A DNA stretch of 60,293 bases from Acidimicrobiia bacterium (GTDB lineage: Bacteria > Actinomycetota > Acidimicrobiia > Spongiisociales > SHLN01), in contig JABDLU010000118.1 of assembly GCA_013002865.1 (NCBI GenBank), positions 1-60,293 on the forward strand, given 5' to 3'. Below the pieces are notes generated by a model that was not told the DNA's origin, did not search any database, and was given only the letters and a program-made list of their open reading frames with translations. Made by a program: the position numbers and the translations under genes. Shown in pieces: positions 9,714 to 21,007 of the stretch. Position 1 is the stretch's first letter; each line of letters begins with the position of its first letter.

Positions 9714-10291
9714 GACTCGTCCTCCGCCACCTGGCTGGTCCGGAAGGGCCGCTCGAGCGCATCGAGGATCTGCGGCGGCGGCACATGGTCGGCCAATGGC
9801 GGCAGCTCGTCGAGGGCGTCCAGACCGAGCTTCTCGACGAAGAGGTCGGTGGTCCCATACAGCAGCGGGCTGCCCGGGCCGGGGGCGATGCCGATCTCGG
9901 CGACCAGCCCGAGCCGCTCGAGGGTTTGCAGCGACCGTTCCGAGTCGACCCCCCGGATCTCACTCACCTGAGCCCGGGTGACCGGCTGGCGATAGGCCAC
10001 GACCGACAGCGTCTCCAGGGCAGCTTGTGACAACCGGGCGGCTGTGGGGCCGGCGGCGAACTGTTCCAGATACGGCCGCGCCTCCGGGTGACTGAACAGC
10101 CGCCAGCCGCCCCCGACTCGCTGGAGCTGGAAGCCGGCCTGGCGGCCCTCGAGATCGGCGGCGAGGGCGGCCAGCTCGTCGGCGATCTCCTGCCGGGGCC
10201 GCTCGGTGACCTCGGCCAGCTCGGCTTCGGGAATGGGGCGTTCAGCCACGAACAGGATGGCTTCCAGAATCGATCGCAAGGTCAGACCCAT
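9710..10291 (-). CDS. scpB: segregation and condensation protein B
   Basis: ILEAILFVAERPI N-terminus and two winged-helix segments. Sits downstream of scpA with a 10-nt overlap. Confidence 0.85.
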   Translation of the reverse strand: MGLTLRSILEAILFVAERPIPEAELAEVTERPRQEIADELAALAADLEGRQAGFQLQRVGGGWRLFSHPEARPYLEQFAAGPTAARLSQAALETLSVVAYRQPVTRAQVSEIRGVDSERSLQTLERLGLVAEIGIAPGPGSPLLYGTTDLFVEKLGLDALDELPPLADHVPPPQILDALERPFRTSQVAEDES

Positions 10292-11040
10292 TCACTCTCC
10301 AGGACTTCGATGTCGGCGTCGGTGCGGGCGCGCAGTTGAATCGGGGCGTCGCGGTGATCCTGGCTGACCTCGATCAGCCCCCAACGGGCCAGCTCGAGCA
10401 TCGCCAGGAAATAGGCCGCCACTTCGACGGTCCGGGTCAGGTGGGCGGTCAGATCGTCGAATCGCCCTTCCACCTCTTCCCGCAGCCGGCGGCGCAGATC
10501 GTCGATGGCCAGCGGCACGGACGGGAGGTCGAGGTCGAGGTGGTCGAGGTCGGGCTCCTCGCTGCGCGCCATGACCCGCCCGGCCAGGCGGCTGAACGCC
10601 GCCGGACTGACTCCGAGCCGGATCTCAGGATCGACCGGCCGGACATCGATATCGATGCCGGCCGTTCTGGGAAGGTAGCGGGCCCGGCCGGTCAGACGGT
10701 GGGCCAGCACGGCGGCAACGTCCTTGAAGGTGGCACAGGCCAGCAGCCGGGCCAGGAGGCGGTCGCGTTCTTCGAACAACGCGATCTCCTCGTCCAGGTC
10801 GACGTCGGCATCGTCAGGGAGCAGGGCTCGCGCCTTGAGCTGAATGAGGGTGGAGGCGATGAGGAGGAACTCACTGGTGACCTCCAGGTCCATCTCCCGC
10901 ATTGCCTCGAGGTGACCGACGTATTCGGTCACCAGGCTCGTCAGGCTGAGGTGGGTGATATCGACCTGATGCCGGGTGATGAGCTGCAATAGAAGATCGA
11001 GCGGCCCCTCAAAGACCGCCGTGCGCACCTCATAGGTCAT
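10282..11040 (-). CDS. scpA: segregation and condensation protein A
   Basis: FEGPLDLLLQLI motif at the N-terminus. ScpA/kleisin-like length, directly upstream of scpB. Confidence 0.85.
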   Translation of the reverse strand: MTYEVRTAVFEGPLDLLLQLITRHQVDITHLSLTSLVTEYVGHLEAMREMDLEVTSEFLLIASTLIQLKARALLPDDADVDLDEEIALFEERDRLLARLLACATFKDVAAVLAHRLTGRARYLPRTAGIDIDVRPVDPEIRLGVSPAAFSRLAGRVMARSEEPDLDHLDLDLPSVPLAIDDLRRRLREEVEGRFDDLTAHLTRTVEVAAYFLAMLELARWGLIEVSQDHRDAPIQLRARTDADIEVLESEWV

Positions 11041-11052
11041 GGTTGCTCCGCA

Positions 11053-11589
11053 TCAGGGGCCATCGTATTGAGACTGCCCATTCAGTCGGTGCTTTTCGTC
11101 ATCGGCCGCTTTCAGGATCGCCCAGGCTTCCTCCGGGATCGCGGCAGGCCGATCGTCATCCTGGTGCCGGGCGTAGGCCACAACCAGGGCGTCGGCCCCG
11201 GCGGCGGCCAGATCGTCGGCTCCCCGGGCAGGGTGATCGAGGTAGACGCCGAGCCGGCCAGGCGCCGGCGCCCGGAGCAGCGCAAGCACGGTGGCCAGGA
11301 TTCGCCCACCGACACCGAGCCGGGCGTGCCGCTTGCCGATGTCGTGCAAGAGGGCGGCCTGGAGCAGCCGGTCGTCGCCGGGGCGCCGTGACTTGACGAA
11401 GCGGGCCGACGCATAGGCATGGCACTGGTCGATCACCGGCTGCGACCAGAACAGCGCCGCCAGCTCACCATCGAGCACCCCCGCTACCTCCGACACCTCC
11501 GCCGGAGACAGTGGTCTCGAGCGGAGCGATTGCAGGGTGCGCCTGACCAGATGGAGCACATGAGCCGGGCTGGGAGGGTGGGCACTCAT
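11053..11589 (-). CDS. HD domain-containing protein
   Basis: ATG at 11589 forms an ATGA overlap with the upstream M50 gene stop. LLHDIGK HD motif. The longer listed ORF (to 11979) overlaps the M50 gene and is rejected. Confidence 0.6.
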   Translation of the reverse strand: MSAHPPSPAHVLHLVRRTLQSLRSRPLSPAEVSEVAGVLDGELAALFWSQPVIDQCHAYASARFVKSRRPGDDRLLQAALLHDIGKRHARLGVGGRILATVLALLRAPAPGRLGVYLDHPARGADDLAAAGADALVVAYARHQDDDRPAAIPEEAWAILKAADDEKHRLNGQSQYDGP

Positions 11590-12209
11590 GGGAGAACCAC
11601 CTCGAGCAGATCCAGCACCCAGCCGGTCATGAAGTCGAGCGATCCTTCGACAAAGAACAGGAGGGCGAACAGGATCAGGAAGCCGAACTGCTCGAACTGG
11701 TAGAACAGCTCGCGCCCCCGGGGCGGGAGCACCAGCGGCAGCAGCCGGCTGCCGTCCAGCGGCGGGATGGGCAGCATGTTGAATACGGCCAGGAACAGGT
11801 TGAGGGTCACCACCCAGAACGCGATCTCCTCCGGGATGCCGCTGACGGCCGGAAAGACGATCCGGCCGACCAGGATGGCGAGGAGCACGTTGGAGGCCGG
11901 CCCGGCGAGGGCGGTGATCGCCATGTGCCCGGTCGGATTGGTGAATCGGCCCGGGTTGACCGGCACCGGCTTGGCCCACCCGAAGAGCGGGCCATTGGCA
12001 AGCGCCAGCATGGCGGGGAGCAGCACAGAACCGAACGGATCAATATGCGGGAGTGGATTCAGCGTCAGCCGGCCTGCTTGGCGGGCGGTCGGGTCACCGA
12101 GCCGGTCGGCCACGAACCCGTGGGACACCTCGTGGACGATGATCGAGGGAATCAGGATGAGGATGACGAGGGCGGCTTCGATGAAGCCGTTGTCGGTGAA
12201 TGAAAACAA
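11586..12209 (-). CDS. site-2 protease family (M50) membrane metalloprotease
   Basis: HEVSHG zinc motif in the first TM region. LNPLPHIDPFGS segment and multiple TM helices. Confidence 0.75.
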   Translation of the reverse strand: MFSFTDNGFIEAALVILILIPSIIVHEVSHGFVADRLGDPTARQAGRLTLNPLPHIDPFGSVLLPAMLALANGPLFGWAKPVPVNPGRFTNPTGHMAITALAGPASNVLLAILVGRIVFPAVSGIPEEIAFWVVTLNLFLAVFNMLPIPPLDGSRLLPLVLPPRGRELFYQFEQFGFLILFALLFFVEGSLDFMTGWVLDLLEVVLP

Positions 12210-12228
12210 GACCTATCGGTCGCGTGAG

Positions 12229-12579
12229 TCAGGCGCTGCGGCGCGTCTTGCAATCCACGCAGTAGAGCGACGCCGGCCGGGCGTCCATGCGGGCGGCTCC
12301 GATTTCCTTGCCGCATGAATGGCACGTGCCGTAGGTGCCATCCTCGAGCTTTTCGACGGCGGCGTCCACCTCGTCGAGCTGATGCTTGAGCGTCTCGACG
12401 ATTCCGAGCACCTCGGTCCGCTCAGAGGTCACAGCGGCGGCGTCGGCAAATCCCTCGCCAAAATCCAGATCCGAGCGCAAATCGCCGTGCTCGTCAGAGC
12501 CGAGCTCATTGAGCTGCTTGACCAGCTTCTCGCGCTCATCGAGCAGTACCTTGCGTGCTTGATTGAGGTCGATTGTCAT
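12229..12579 (-). CDS. TraR/DksA family zinc-finger transcriptional regulator
   Basis: Coiled-coil N-terminus and a C4 finger, CHSCGKEIGAARMDARPASLYCVDC. Confidence 0.7.
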   Translation of the reverse strand: MTIDLNQARKVLLDEREKLVKQLNELGSDEHGDLRSDLDFGEGFADAAAVTSERTEVLGIVETLKHQLDEVDAAVEKLEDGTYGTCHSCGKEIGAARMDARPASLYCVDCKTRRSA

Positions 12580-12592
12580 AGCGGCTTTCCCA

Positions 12593-13471
12593 TCATCTAC
12601 TACGTGGATGAGACGTGACGTACACCTCGAGCAAATGCTGTGGGGTCACCCGGGTGTACACCTGTGTGGTGGTGATTGTAGCGTGACCGAGCAGATGTTG
12701 GACGGACCGCAGGTCCGCTCCTCGCTCCACCATGTGAGTGGCCGCCGAGTGCCGCAGGACGTGCGGTGAGACCAGCCCGGGAGCGATCCCGGCGGCCGCG
12801 GCGGCTTTGCGCACGATCCCGTAGACACCCTGCCGGCTCAGCCGGCCGCCCCGCAGGTTGAGGAACAGGGCGCCCGAATCCCGTCCCGGCCGCCGGAGGT
12901 CCAGCCGGTCCGGCAGGTAGCGGCTGATGGCCGCGACGGCGTGGGCGCCGATTGGAACCAGCCGCTGCTTGTTGCCCTTTCCGGTAACGACGGCGGTGGC
13001 GGCGTCCAGGTCGACGTCGGACTGGTCGAGCGCCGCCACCTCAGAGACCCTGGCACCGGTGGCGTACAGGAACTCGAGGATCGCCCGATCGCGCCGGCCG
13101 GCTGGGGTGGCGGCGTCGGGCGCCTCCAGGAGGCGAAGGACATCGTCGAGGTCGAGCGCCTTGGGCAGCGCCTGCGGCCTCCGAATCGACTCGAGCAATC
13201 CGGTCGGGTCGTCGGCGGTGAGTCCTTCCCGGACCTGGAACCGGTGCAGGCCGCGCACCGCGGCGGTCTTGCGGGCCACCGAGCTTGCCGCCAGCCCGCG
13301 CTGATGCAGCGACTGCACGAAGTCGGCGATCCGCTCGGAGGTCGGCCGGCGGCCGTCCAGGAACCGGGCGTACTGGTCCAGATCGCGCCGGTAGGCGGCC
13401 ACGGTGTTGCGAGACAGGCCCCGCTCACCGGCCAGCGCAGCGAGGTACTCGTCGACGTCTGGCTCGATCAT
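12593..13471 (-). CDS. xerD: site-specific tyrosine recombinase XerD
   Basis: SAM-like N-domain (YLAALAGERGLSRNTVAAYRRDL) and catalytic C-domain (ATGARVSE, HVLRHSAATH, LLGHATITTTQVYT). Synteny with pyrG and a NUDIX gene as in mycobacteria. Confidence 0.8.
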   Translation of the reverse strand: MIEPDVDEYLAALAGERGLSRNTVAAYRRDLDQYARFLDGRRPTSERIADFVQSLHQRGLAASSVARKTAAVRGLHRFQVREGLTADDPTGLLESIRRPQALPKALDLDDVLRLLEAPDAATPAGRRDRAILEFLYATGARVSEVAALDQSDVDLDAATAVVTGKGNKQRLVPIGAHAVAAISRYLPDRLDLRRPGRDSGALFLNLRGGRLSRQGVYGIVRKAAAAAGIAPGLVSPHVLRHSAATHMVERGADLRSVQHLLGHATITTTQVYTRVTPQHLLEVYVTSHPRSR

Positions 13472-13473
13472 GG

Positions 13474-14592
13474 TCAGAAGCCGAGAACGTCCGCCACCGT
13501 GTGATGCTCGAGCCCCAGGCTGTCGGCAACCGCCGCGTGAACCACCGCGCCGTTGGCAACGTTGAGGCCGGAGCGGATCGCCCGGTTGGCGGTCACCGCA
13601 CCTTCCACTCCCAGATCGGCGATCTGCAAGATGTAGGGCAGCGTGGCGTTGGTGAGCCCATAGGTGGACGTGTGGGGGACGGCACCGGGAATGTTGGTGA
13701 CGGCATAGTGCACCACCCCGTGTGCCTCATACACCGGGTCGTCGTGGGAGGTCGGCCGGCTGGTCTCAAAGCAGCCGCCCTGGTCGATGGAGATGTCGAC
13801 GACCACCGAACCGGGCCGCATCGAGCGGATCATGTCCTCGGTGACCAGCTTGGGCGCGGCTGCGCCGGGGATGAGGGCAGCTCCAACCACGAGATCGGCG
13901 TCGAGCACCTGCTCTTCGAGGGTGAGGCGGTTGGACGACAGCGTCATGATGTGGCCGAGATACAGCGAGTTGAGCCGCCTGAGCTTTTCGGCGCTGCGGT
14001 CGAGCGCGACTACCCGGGCTTGCATGCCCATGGCGATGACGGCGGCGTTGGCTCCCGCCATCCCGGCTCCGACGACGACCACCTTGGCAGGCATGACCCC
14101 CGGGATGCCGCCGAGCAGGATGCCGCGGCCTCCCTCGGCTTTCTCCAGGAAATAGGCCCCCACCTGGGTGGCCATTCGCCCGGCGATCTCCGACATGGGG
14201 GCAAGCAGCGGGAGCGACCCGTCGGACAGCTCGACCGTCTCATAGGCAATCCCGATCGCTCCACTCTCCTGCAGAGATACCGTGAGGTCTTTGCTGGCGG
14301 CCAGGTGGAGGTAGGTGAACAGCACCTGGCCGGGTGAGAGCATCGCCACCTCAGCGGGCTGAGGCTCCTTGACCTTGAGGATCATCTCGGCGGTTTCGAA
14401 GACGTCCTCGGCGTTGGGAACGATGCGGGCGCCCTGGGCGGCATAGTCCTCGTCGGCGTGGCCGCTCCCCACGCCGGCGCCTGCCTGGAGCAGCACTTCG
14501 TGGCCGCGTTCGACAACTTCCCGGGCCGCCGCCGGAGTCAGCGCCACCCGGTACTCGTGTGTCTTGATCTCCGTGGGCACGCCAACGATCAT
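13474..14592 (-). CDS. ald: alanine dehydrogenase
   Basis: MIVGVPTEIKTHEYRVALTP N-terminus and NAD-binding VVVVGAGMAG. ATG at 14592 has a GGGAGG Shine-Dalgarno sequence and an ATGA overlap with the upstream NUDIX stop. Confidence 0.9.
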   Translation of the reverse strand: MIVGVPTEIKTHEYRVALTPAAAREVVERGHEVLLQAGAGVGSGHADEDYAAQGARIVPNAEDVFETAEMILKVKEPQPAEVAMLSPGQVLFTYLHLAASKDLTVSLQESGAIGIAYETVELSDGSLPLLAPMSEIAGRMATQVGAYFLEKAEGGRGILLGGIPGVMPAKVVVVGAGMAGANAAVIAMGMQARVVALDRSAEKLRRLNSLYLGHIMTLSSNRLTLEEQVLDADLVVGAALIPGAAAPKLVTEDMIRSMRPGSVVVDISIDQGGCFETSRPTSHDDPVYEAHGVVHYAVTNIPGAVPHTSTYGLTNATLPYILQIADLGVEGAVTANRAIRSGLNVANGAVVHAAVADSLGLEHHTVADVLGF

Positions 14593-15127
14593 CGCCACCT
14601 CCCTCGAACAGCGTACAAGGCGATGATCGTCTTGGCGTCCTTGATCGTCCCGGCCGCGACCAGCTCGAGCGCTTCATCGAGATCGAGCTCAACCACCTCG
14701 GCGGCCTGCTCCTCGGGCCCTTGCGGGTCGGACGGCACGGCGGTGAGGTCTTCGGCCAGATACAGCCAGGATTGCTCGTCGCTGTAGCCCGGCGAGTTGT
14801 AAAACACGTGCAGCAGCTCGAGCCGGCCGGGCAGCAGGCCGGCCTCCTCGACGCATTCTCGCCGGGCCGTCTCGGCTGGGTCTTCCCCTGCGACATCGCG
14901 CTTGCCGGCCGGTAGTTCGTAGACGACCTCTCCGACCGGTGCCCGGAACTGCCGCAGCAGGACGATGTGGGTGCCGGTGTACGGAAGGACCACGACGGAG
15001 CCGGGATGACAGCGCACGTACTCCCGGGTCATGGTGCCGCCGTCGGGCGTGTCGTACTCATTGCTGGCGATGGTGACCCCCGGCCCGGAGTAGACGATGG
15101 ATCCGGAACGGAGCCGAAACTCCGTCA

Positions 15128-15128
<1 letters not shown>
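14589..15128 (-). CDS. NUDIX hydrolase (ADP-ribose pyrophosphatase-like)
   Basis: Nudix box GKRDVAGEDPAETARRECVEEAGL. Confidence 0.75.
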
Positions 15129-16828
<1,700 letters not shown>

Positions 16829-16853
16829 TCACGCGCGCTGCGTGCCCGGTTGC

Positions 16854-18443
16854 TCACCCTCCGCCCAACTCGAGCAGCTCACCGGCGTGCTGCTGGCCTC
16901 GCTTGCTGTCGGGCAGACCGGACAGCATGCGGGCAATCTCGCCGACCCGCTCCTCCCCCACAACCGGACGGACCCGGGCAGTGGCTCCGTCCCGTTCCAC
17001 GACCAGGTGCTGGGTGGCGAACGCCGCCACCTGCGGAAGGTGAGTGACGCATAGCACCTGGCGCCCGTCGGCCAGTCCCCGCAGCTTCTCACCCATCGCC
17101 AGCGCCGTGGCGCCACCGATCCCGGCATCGATCTCGTCGAACGCCACCACTGCGGCCTCGCCGACGCCGGCGGCGAGGCGCAACGACAGCACCAGCCGGC
17201 TCAGCTCACCGCCCGATGCGCTGCGACGAGCCGGCGCAGGCGGGATGGCCGAGTCGGATGAGAACAGCAGCTCGACAGCGTCGGCTCCACCGGCGGACGG
17301 GGCGGTCGGCTCGATATCGAACGCCACGACGGGATCGCTGAACCCCAGCTCCCGGAGATGTCCCGCGGTGGTACTGGCCAGCGATTTGGCGGTGCGCCGT
17401 CGGGCGGTGCGGAGGCGCTCCCCGGCTGCCGTCACGGCCTCTTCGCAGCGGCTCAGCTCCGATTCGAGCTGGTCGGCCCGGCCAAGCAGCTGCTCGATGT
17501 GATCGGCCCGGCCGGCCGCCTGCTCCCCGAACTCGATGATGTCACCGACCGTCTCGCCGTACTTGCGTTTCAGGTCTCCGAGAGACGCGATCCGGAGCTC
17601 CACCGCCTCCAATCCGGCGGGATCCCGTTCCAGCTGGTCGATCGTGGCGCGAATCTCGGTGCGCAGCTCGCCCACCTGGTCCTGAACCGCGGCCGCCTGA
17701 GCGGCGAGCGGCTCGAGGCTGACATCGAGCCCGGCGGCTCGCCGGATGTGCGAAACAGCTTCCCCGAGCCCGTCGGCTTCCTCGATTCGCTGATAGGCAC
17801 CCGATAGCTCCTCGTCCAGCTCTTCTGCGTACCGCAAGCGGGCGGCCTGCACCGCCAGGTGCTCCTCCTCGCCGTCGTCGAGGCCGGCGGCGACTATTTC
17901 GGCCGCCTGGTGCCTCACCAGATCCAGCTCTCGCTCCAACTCACGGCGGTCTCCGCCCAGCGCCGCCTGGGCAGCCAGAGCGTCCTGGAGCGCCGCCCAG
18001 GCTTCTCGGTAGGCCCGCGTTGCCTCCCGGCCCTCGGCATCGAGCGACTCGTCGATCAGCCGGCGGGCGGCACCGGACCGCGTGATCAAGAGGTGGTCGT
18101 GCTGGCCGACCAGCTCAACCGGTCCGGCCAGCCGTTCACCAAGAGTGCGGGCGGCCACCATGGCACCATCCAGGTAGGCCCGGCTCCGTCCCGATCCCGT
18201 GATCCGGCGGGCGGCAATCGCCTCGACGCCGTCGAGGTGTAAGCGGCCCTCGACCCGGGTGTCTTCCCCGTGAGGCCCAATCATCTCCGCCCGGGCGTTC
18301 TCGCCCAGCAGGAGCCGCAGCGCCCCGAGCAGCATCGTCTTGCCTGCCCCGGTCTCGCCGGTGACCACCACTAGCCCGGGCGAGGGCTCGATGGTGGTGT
18401 CGGCTATGACACCCAGGTTGACGACCCGCAGCTCTTCAATCAC
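16854..18443 (-). CDS. recN: DNA repair protein RecN
   Basis: N-terminal Walker A (VVTGETGAGKT), long coiled coil, SGGE signature (ASGGELSRLVL) and Walker B (VVAFDEID). GTG at 18443 (VIEELRVVNLGVI) overlaps the nadK stop by 8 nt. Confidence 0.9.
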   Translation of the reverse strand: MIEELRVVNLGVIADTTIEPSPGLVVVTGETGAGKTMLLGALRLLLGENARAEMIGPHGEDTRVEGRLHLDGVEAIAARRITGSGRSRAYLDGAMVAARTLGERLAGPVELVGQHDHLLITRSGAARRLIDESLDAEGREATRAYREAWAALQDALAAQAALGGDRRELERELDLVRHQAAEIVAAGLDDGEEEHLAVQAARLRYAEELDEELSGAYQRIEEADGLGEAVSHIRRAAGLDVSLEPLAAQAAAVQDQVGELRTEIRATIDQLERDPAGLEAVELRIASLGDLKRKYGETVGDIIEFGEQAAGRADHIEQLLGRADQLESELSRCEEAVTAAGERLRTARRRTAKSLASTTAGHLRELGFSDPVVAFDIEPTAPSAGGADAVELLFSSDSAIPPAPARRSASGGELSRLVLSLRLAAGVGEAAVVAFDEIDAGIGGATALAMGEKLRGLADGRQVLCVTHLPQVAAFATQHLVVERDGATARVRPVVGEERVGEIARMLSGLPDSKRGQQHAGELLELGGG

Positions 18444-19260
18444 CGTCCAGCCCCAGCTTGTGCTTGAGCGTCTGAGGAAAGCGCTTGCCCCCCATCGTGG
18501 CGAAGCGGGCAACCTGGTCGCCCACGCTGACGTGCACCGACTGGCCCGGTTCCAACTCGCCGAGGACGGCGGCATCGACCTCGACCCCGACGGGACGATC
18601 CGTTCCCGCCCGGAAGGACAGCCGACGGTCATCGCCGAAAATCAGCGTGCGGCTGAACAGCGAGTGGGGGGCCACCGCCGTCATCAACAGGGCCCGCATG
18701 CGGGGATCCACCGCCGGACCGCCGGCCGAGAAGCTGTAGGCGGTCGAACCGGTCGGGCTGGCAACAACGATCCCGTCTGCCCGGTAGGTCCGGAATGGCT
18801 CACCGTCCACGGTGACGACAAGCGTTGCCAGCCGATTGAGCACCCGCTTGGAGATCACGATGTCGTTGAGCCCGTGGACCACCGGGCCATCCTCGATCTC
18901 GGCCTTCAGCGTCATGCGTTCTTCGATGTCCCAGTCGCGTGCGGCGATGCGGTCCATGGTGGCGTCGACATGGGCTTCCTCGATCTCGGCGAGGAACCCC
19001 ACTCTCCCCGAGTTGATGCCGAGCACCGGCAGGCCGAGCGGCAGCGCCCGGCTGATCGCCTCGAGCACCGTGCCGTCGCCACCGATGGAGAGGATCAGCT
19101 CGGCCGCGTCAAGATCGCCGTTGTCCACACCCGGCAACCCGCCGGCTCCATCGTCGGCTGCCACCACCTCGATGTCACGGGCGGCCGCGGCGGCGAGCAC
19201 CTCGCGGGCCACCTCGGTCGCTCGCGCCCGCTCGGGATGCAGGACCAGGCCGATCTTCAC
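18436..19260 (-). CDS. nadK: NAD kinase
   Basis: GGDGT motif (SIGGDGTVLEA), NSGRVGFL and SPTGSTAYSFSAGGP. GTG at 19260 forms a GTGA overlap with the tlyA stop. Confidence 0.9.
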   Translation of the reverse strand: MKIGLVLHPERARATEVAREVLAAAAARDIEVVAADDGAGGLPGVDNGDLDAAELILSIGGDGTVLEAISRALPLGLPVLGINSGRVGFLAEIEEAHVDATMDRIAARDWDIEERMTLKAEIEDGPVVHGLNDIVISKRVLNRLATLVVTVDGEPFRTYRADGIVVASPTGSTAYSFSAGGPAVDPRMRALLMTAVAPHSLFSRTLIFGDDRRLSFRAGTDRPVGVEVDAAVLGELEPGQSVHVSVGDQVARFATMGGKRFPQTLKHKLGLDGD

Positions 19261-20060
19261 GCTGGGGCTTCCTCTCCGGAGTTGGCAATGGCGTCGTCGA
19301 CGTCGCCGGGCCGCAGCGTTCCGGGCCCGTGACGAAGCCAGACTAGGAACTCTCGGTTGCCGGCAACGGCGCCGGGCAGCGGGCTGCGGGCGATCCCGTG
19401 GGCACCGAGCCCGTGGCGGGCAGCCGAGGCCGTGACCCGCTCGATGGAGCTGCGCCACAGCGCCGGGTCGGTCACCAGGCCGCCCCGACCAACCTCGCCT
19501 TTGCCCACCTCGAACTGCGGCTTGACCAGAACAACGATGTCGGCTCCCGGTCCGGCCAGGGCGGCGATGGTTGCCATCACCAGCTCGAGGGAGATGAATG
19601 AGAGGTCGGCCACCACGATGTCGAACGGCCCCCCGATACCGGCCGGGTCGAGGCTGCGGGCGTTGGTCTGTTCGTGGACGGAGACCCGGTCGTCGGTGCG
19701 GAGGCGGTAATCGAGCTGGTTGGTGCCCACGTCGACGGCGGTCACGTGGGCGGCACCGTTCTGCAGCAGACAGTCGGTGAACCCGCCGGTGGAGGAACCG
19801 AGGTCGACCGCCCTCCGGCCAGATGGGTCGACGGAGAACATGGCCAGCGCATGGGCGAGCTTGTCCCCTCCCCGTCCCACGAACCGGGGCGGCGGGCCGA
19901 TGATCTCGACCGGGACCTCCGGGGAGACCATCGTGGCCGGCTTGGGGTCCACCACCCCACCGACCTTGACTCGACCCTCGGTGATGAGACGGTTGGCGGC
20001 CGACCGGGTGTCGGCGAGCTTGCGGCGCACGAGCTCAGCGTCGAGACGACGACGGGTCAG
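19257..20060 (-). CDS. tlyA: TlyA family rRNA (cytidine-2'-O)-methyltransferase
   Basis: S4 domain plus FtsJ-like methyltransferase (DLGSSTGGFTDCLL). The conserved N-terminus RRRLDAELVRR lies upstream of the first GTG (20030). The only in-frame near-cognate start is CTG at 20060, in a CTGA overlap with the upstream stop. Confidence 0.85.
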   Translation of the reverse strand: MTRRRLDAELVRRKLADTRSAANRLITEGRVKVGGVVDPKPATMVSPEVPVEIIGPPPRFVGRGGDKLAHALAMFSVDPSGRRAVDLGSSTGGFTDCLLQNGAAHVTAVDVGTNQLDYRLRTDDRVSVHEQTNARSLDPAGIGGPFDIVVADLSFISLELVMATIAALAGPGADIVVLVKPQFEVGKGEVGRGGLVTDPALWRSSIERVTASAARHGLGAHGIARSPLPGAVAGNREFLVWLRHGPGTLRPGDVDDAIANSGEEAPA

Positions 20061-20236
20061 GAAGGCTCACCGTCCGTCTGCGGCGGCGCCTGGTCGTCGG
20101 CGCTCGACGCCGCCCCGTCGAGTGCCTCGGCCAGCCGGGCCGTCAGCGCATCGGCGATTTCGGGGGCGTCGGCCGGGTCGGCGGATTTCAGGTCGGAGAG
20201 AAGCTGTTCGGTCTGCGTAGTATCCATGGCGCCCAT
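20057..20236 (-). CDS. small acidic hypothetical protein
   Basis: 59-aa ORF from ATG 20236 (MGAMDTTQTEQLLSDLK...), coupled to tlyA. The longer listed ORF has no support. Confidence 0.35.
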   Translation of the reverse strand: MGAMDTTQTEQLLSDLKSADPADAPEIADALTARLAEALDGAASSADDQAPPQTDGEPS

Positions 20237-20266
20237 TATCGCCTCCGGCTGGGACAGGAACCGCCT

Positions 20267-21007
20267 TTGATCCCGATACGCGACATCAACCCGACCGTCG
20301 TACGGCCGATCGTCACCCTCGCCCTCATCGCCATCAACGTGGCGGTCTTCGTGCTGATCCAACCGCCCGCCGACGATCCGGATGCCGAACGATTCGCCTA
20401 CGAGTACGCCGCCATTCCCTGCGAACTGCAGACCTCCGACCCGCTCGACACCCAGGAGATCCGGACGGGCGTGTGCAGCGAAGCCGACCGGGGGACCGAA
20501 GTCTTCCCCGAGAAGATCGTCCTGTTGAGTGTGCTCTCCAGCATGTTCCTGCACGGCGACATCCTCCATATCGCCTTCAACATGTGGTCGTTATGGATCT
20601 TCGGCAACAACGTCGAGGAGGCCTTCGGCCGCTCCGGCTACATCGCCGTGTACCTGGCCGGCGGGGTCGCCGCCACGGTCGGTTACGCGGTCGTCAACCC
20701 CGACTCGACCATACCGCTCGTCGGGGCGTCCGGCGCCATCGCGGCGGTGATGGGGGCGTACCTGGTGCTGTTCCCGGCTCACCGCATCCTCAGCCTCGTA
20801 TTCCTGTTCTTCGTTCCGGTGCCGGCCGCCCTCTTCATCGGGATCTGGTTCATCGGGCAATTCGGGGTCGATCCGGCGTCCAACGTCGCCTGGGAAGCCC
20901 ACGTTGCCGGCTTCCTCTTCGGGGCCGTTGTGGCGCTGCTGCTTCGCCCGCTGTTGCTGAGACGACTGGCTTCGCATCGCCAGCCCCGCTGGGCGACCTT
21001 CCCTTAA
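20267..21007 (+). CDS. rhomboid family intramembrane serine protease
   Basis: [18 protein letters not shown] and catalytic GASGAI motifs, six TM helices. TTG start. Confidence 0.8.
   Translation: MIPIRDINPTVVRPIVTLALIAINVAVFVLIQPPADDPDAERFAYEYAAIPCELQTSDPLDTQEIRTGVCSEADRGTEVFPEKIVLLSVLSSMFLHGDILHIAFNMWSLWIFGNNVEEAFGRSGYIAVYLAGGVAATVGYAVVNPDSTIPLVGASGAIAAVMGAYLVLFPAHRILSLVFLFFVPVPAALFIGIWFIGQFGVDPASNVAWEAHVAGFLFGAVVALLLRPLLLRRLASHRQPRWATFP

Noticed and set aside
12593-13471. The tyrosine recombinase as a marker of an integrated mobile element.
   Set aside because: It has XerD-type motifs and conserved housekeeping synteny (ald/NUDIX/pyrG). There are no flanking att-like repeats, tRNA or phage/IS genes.
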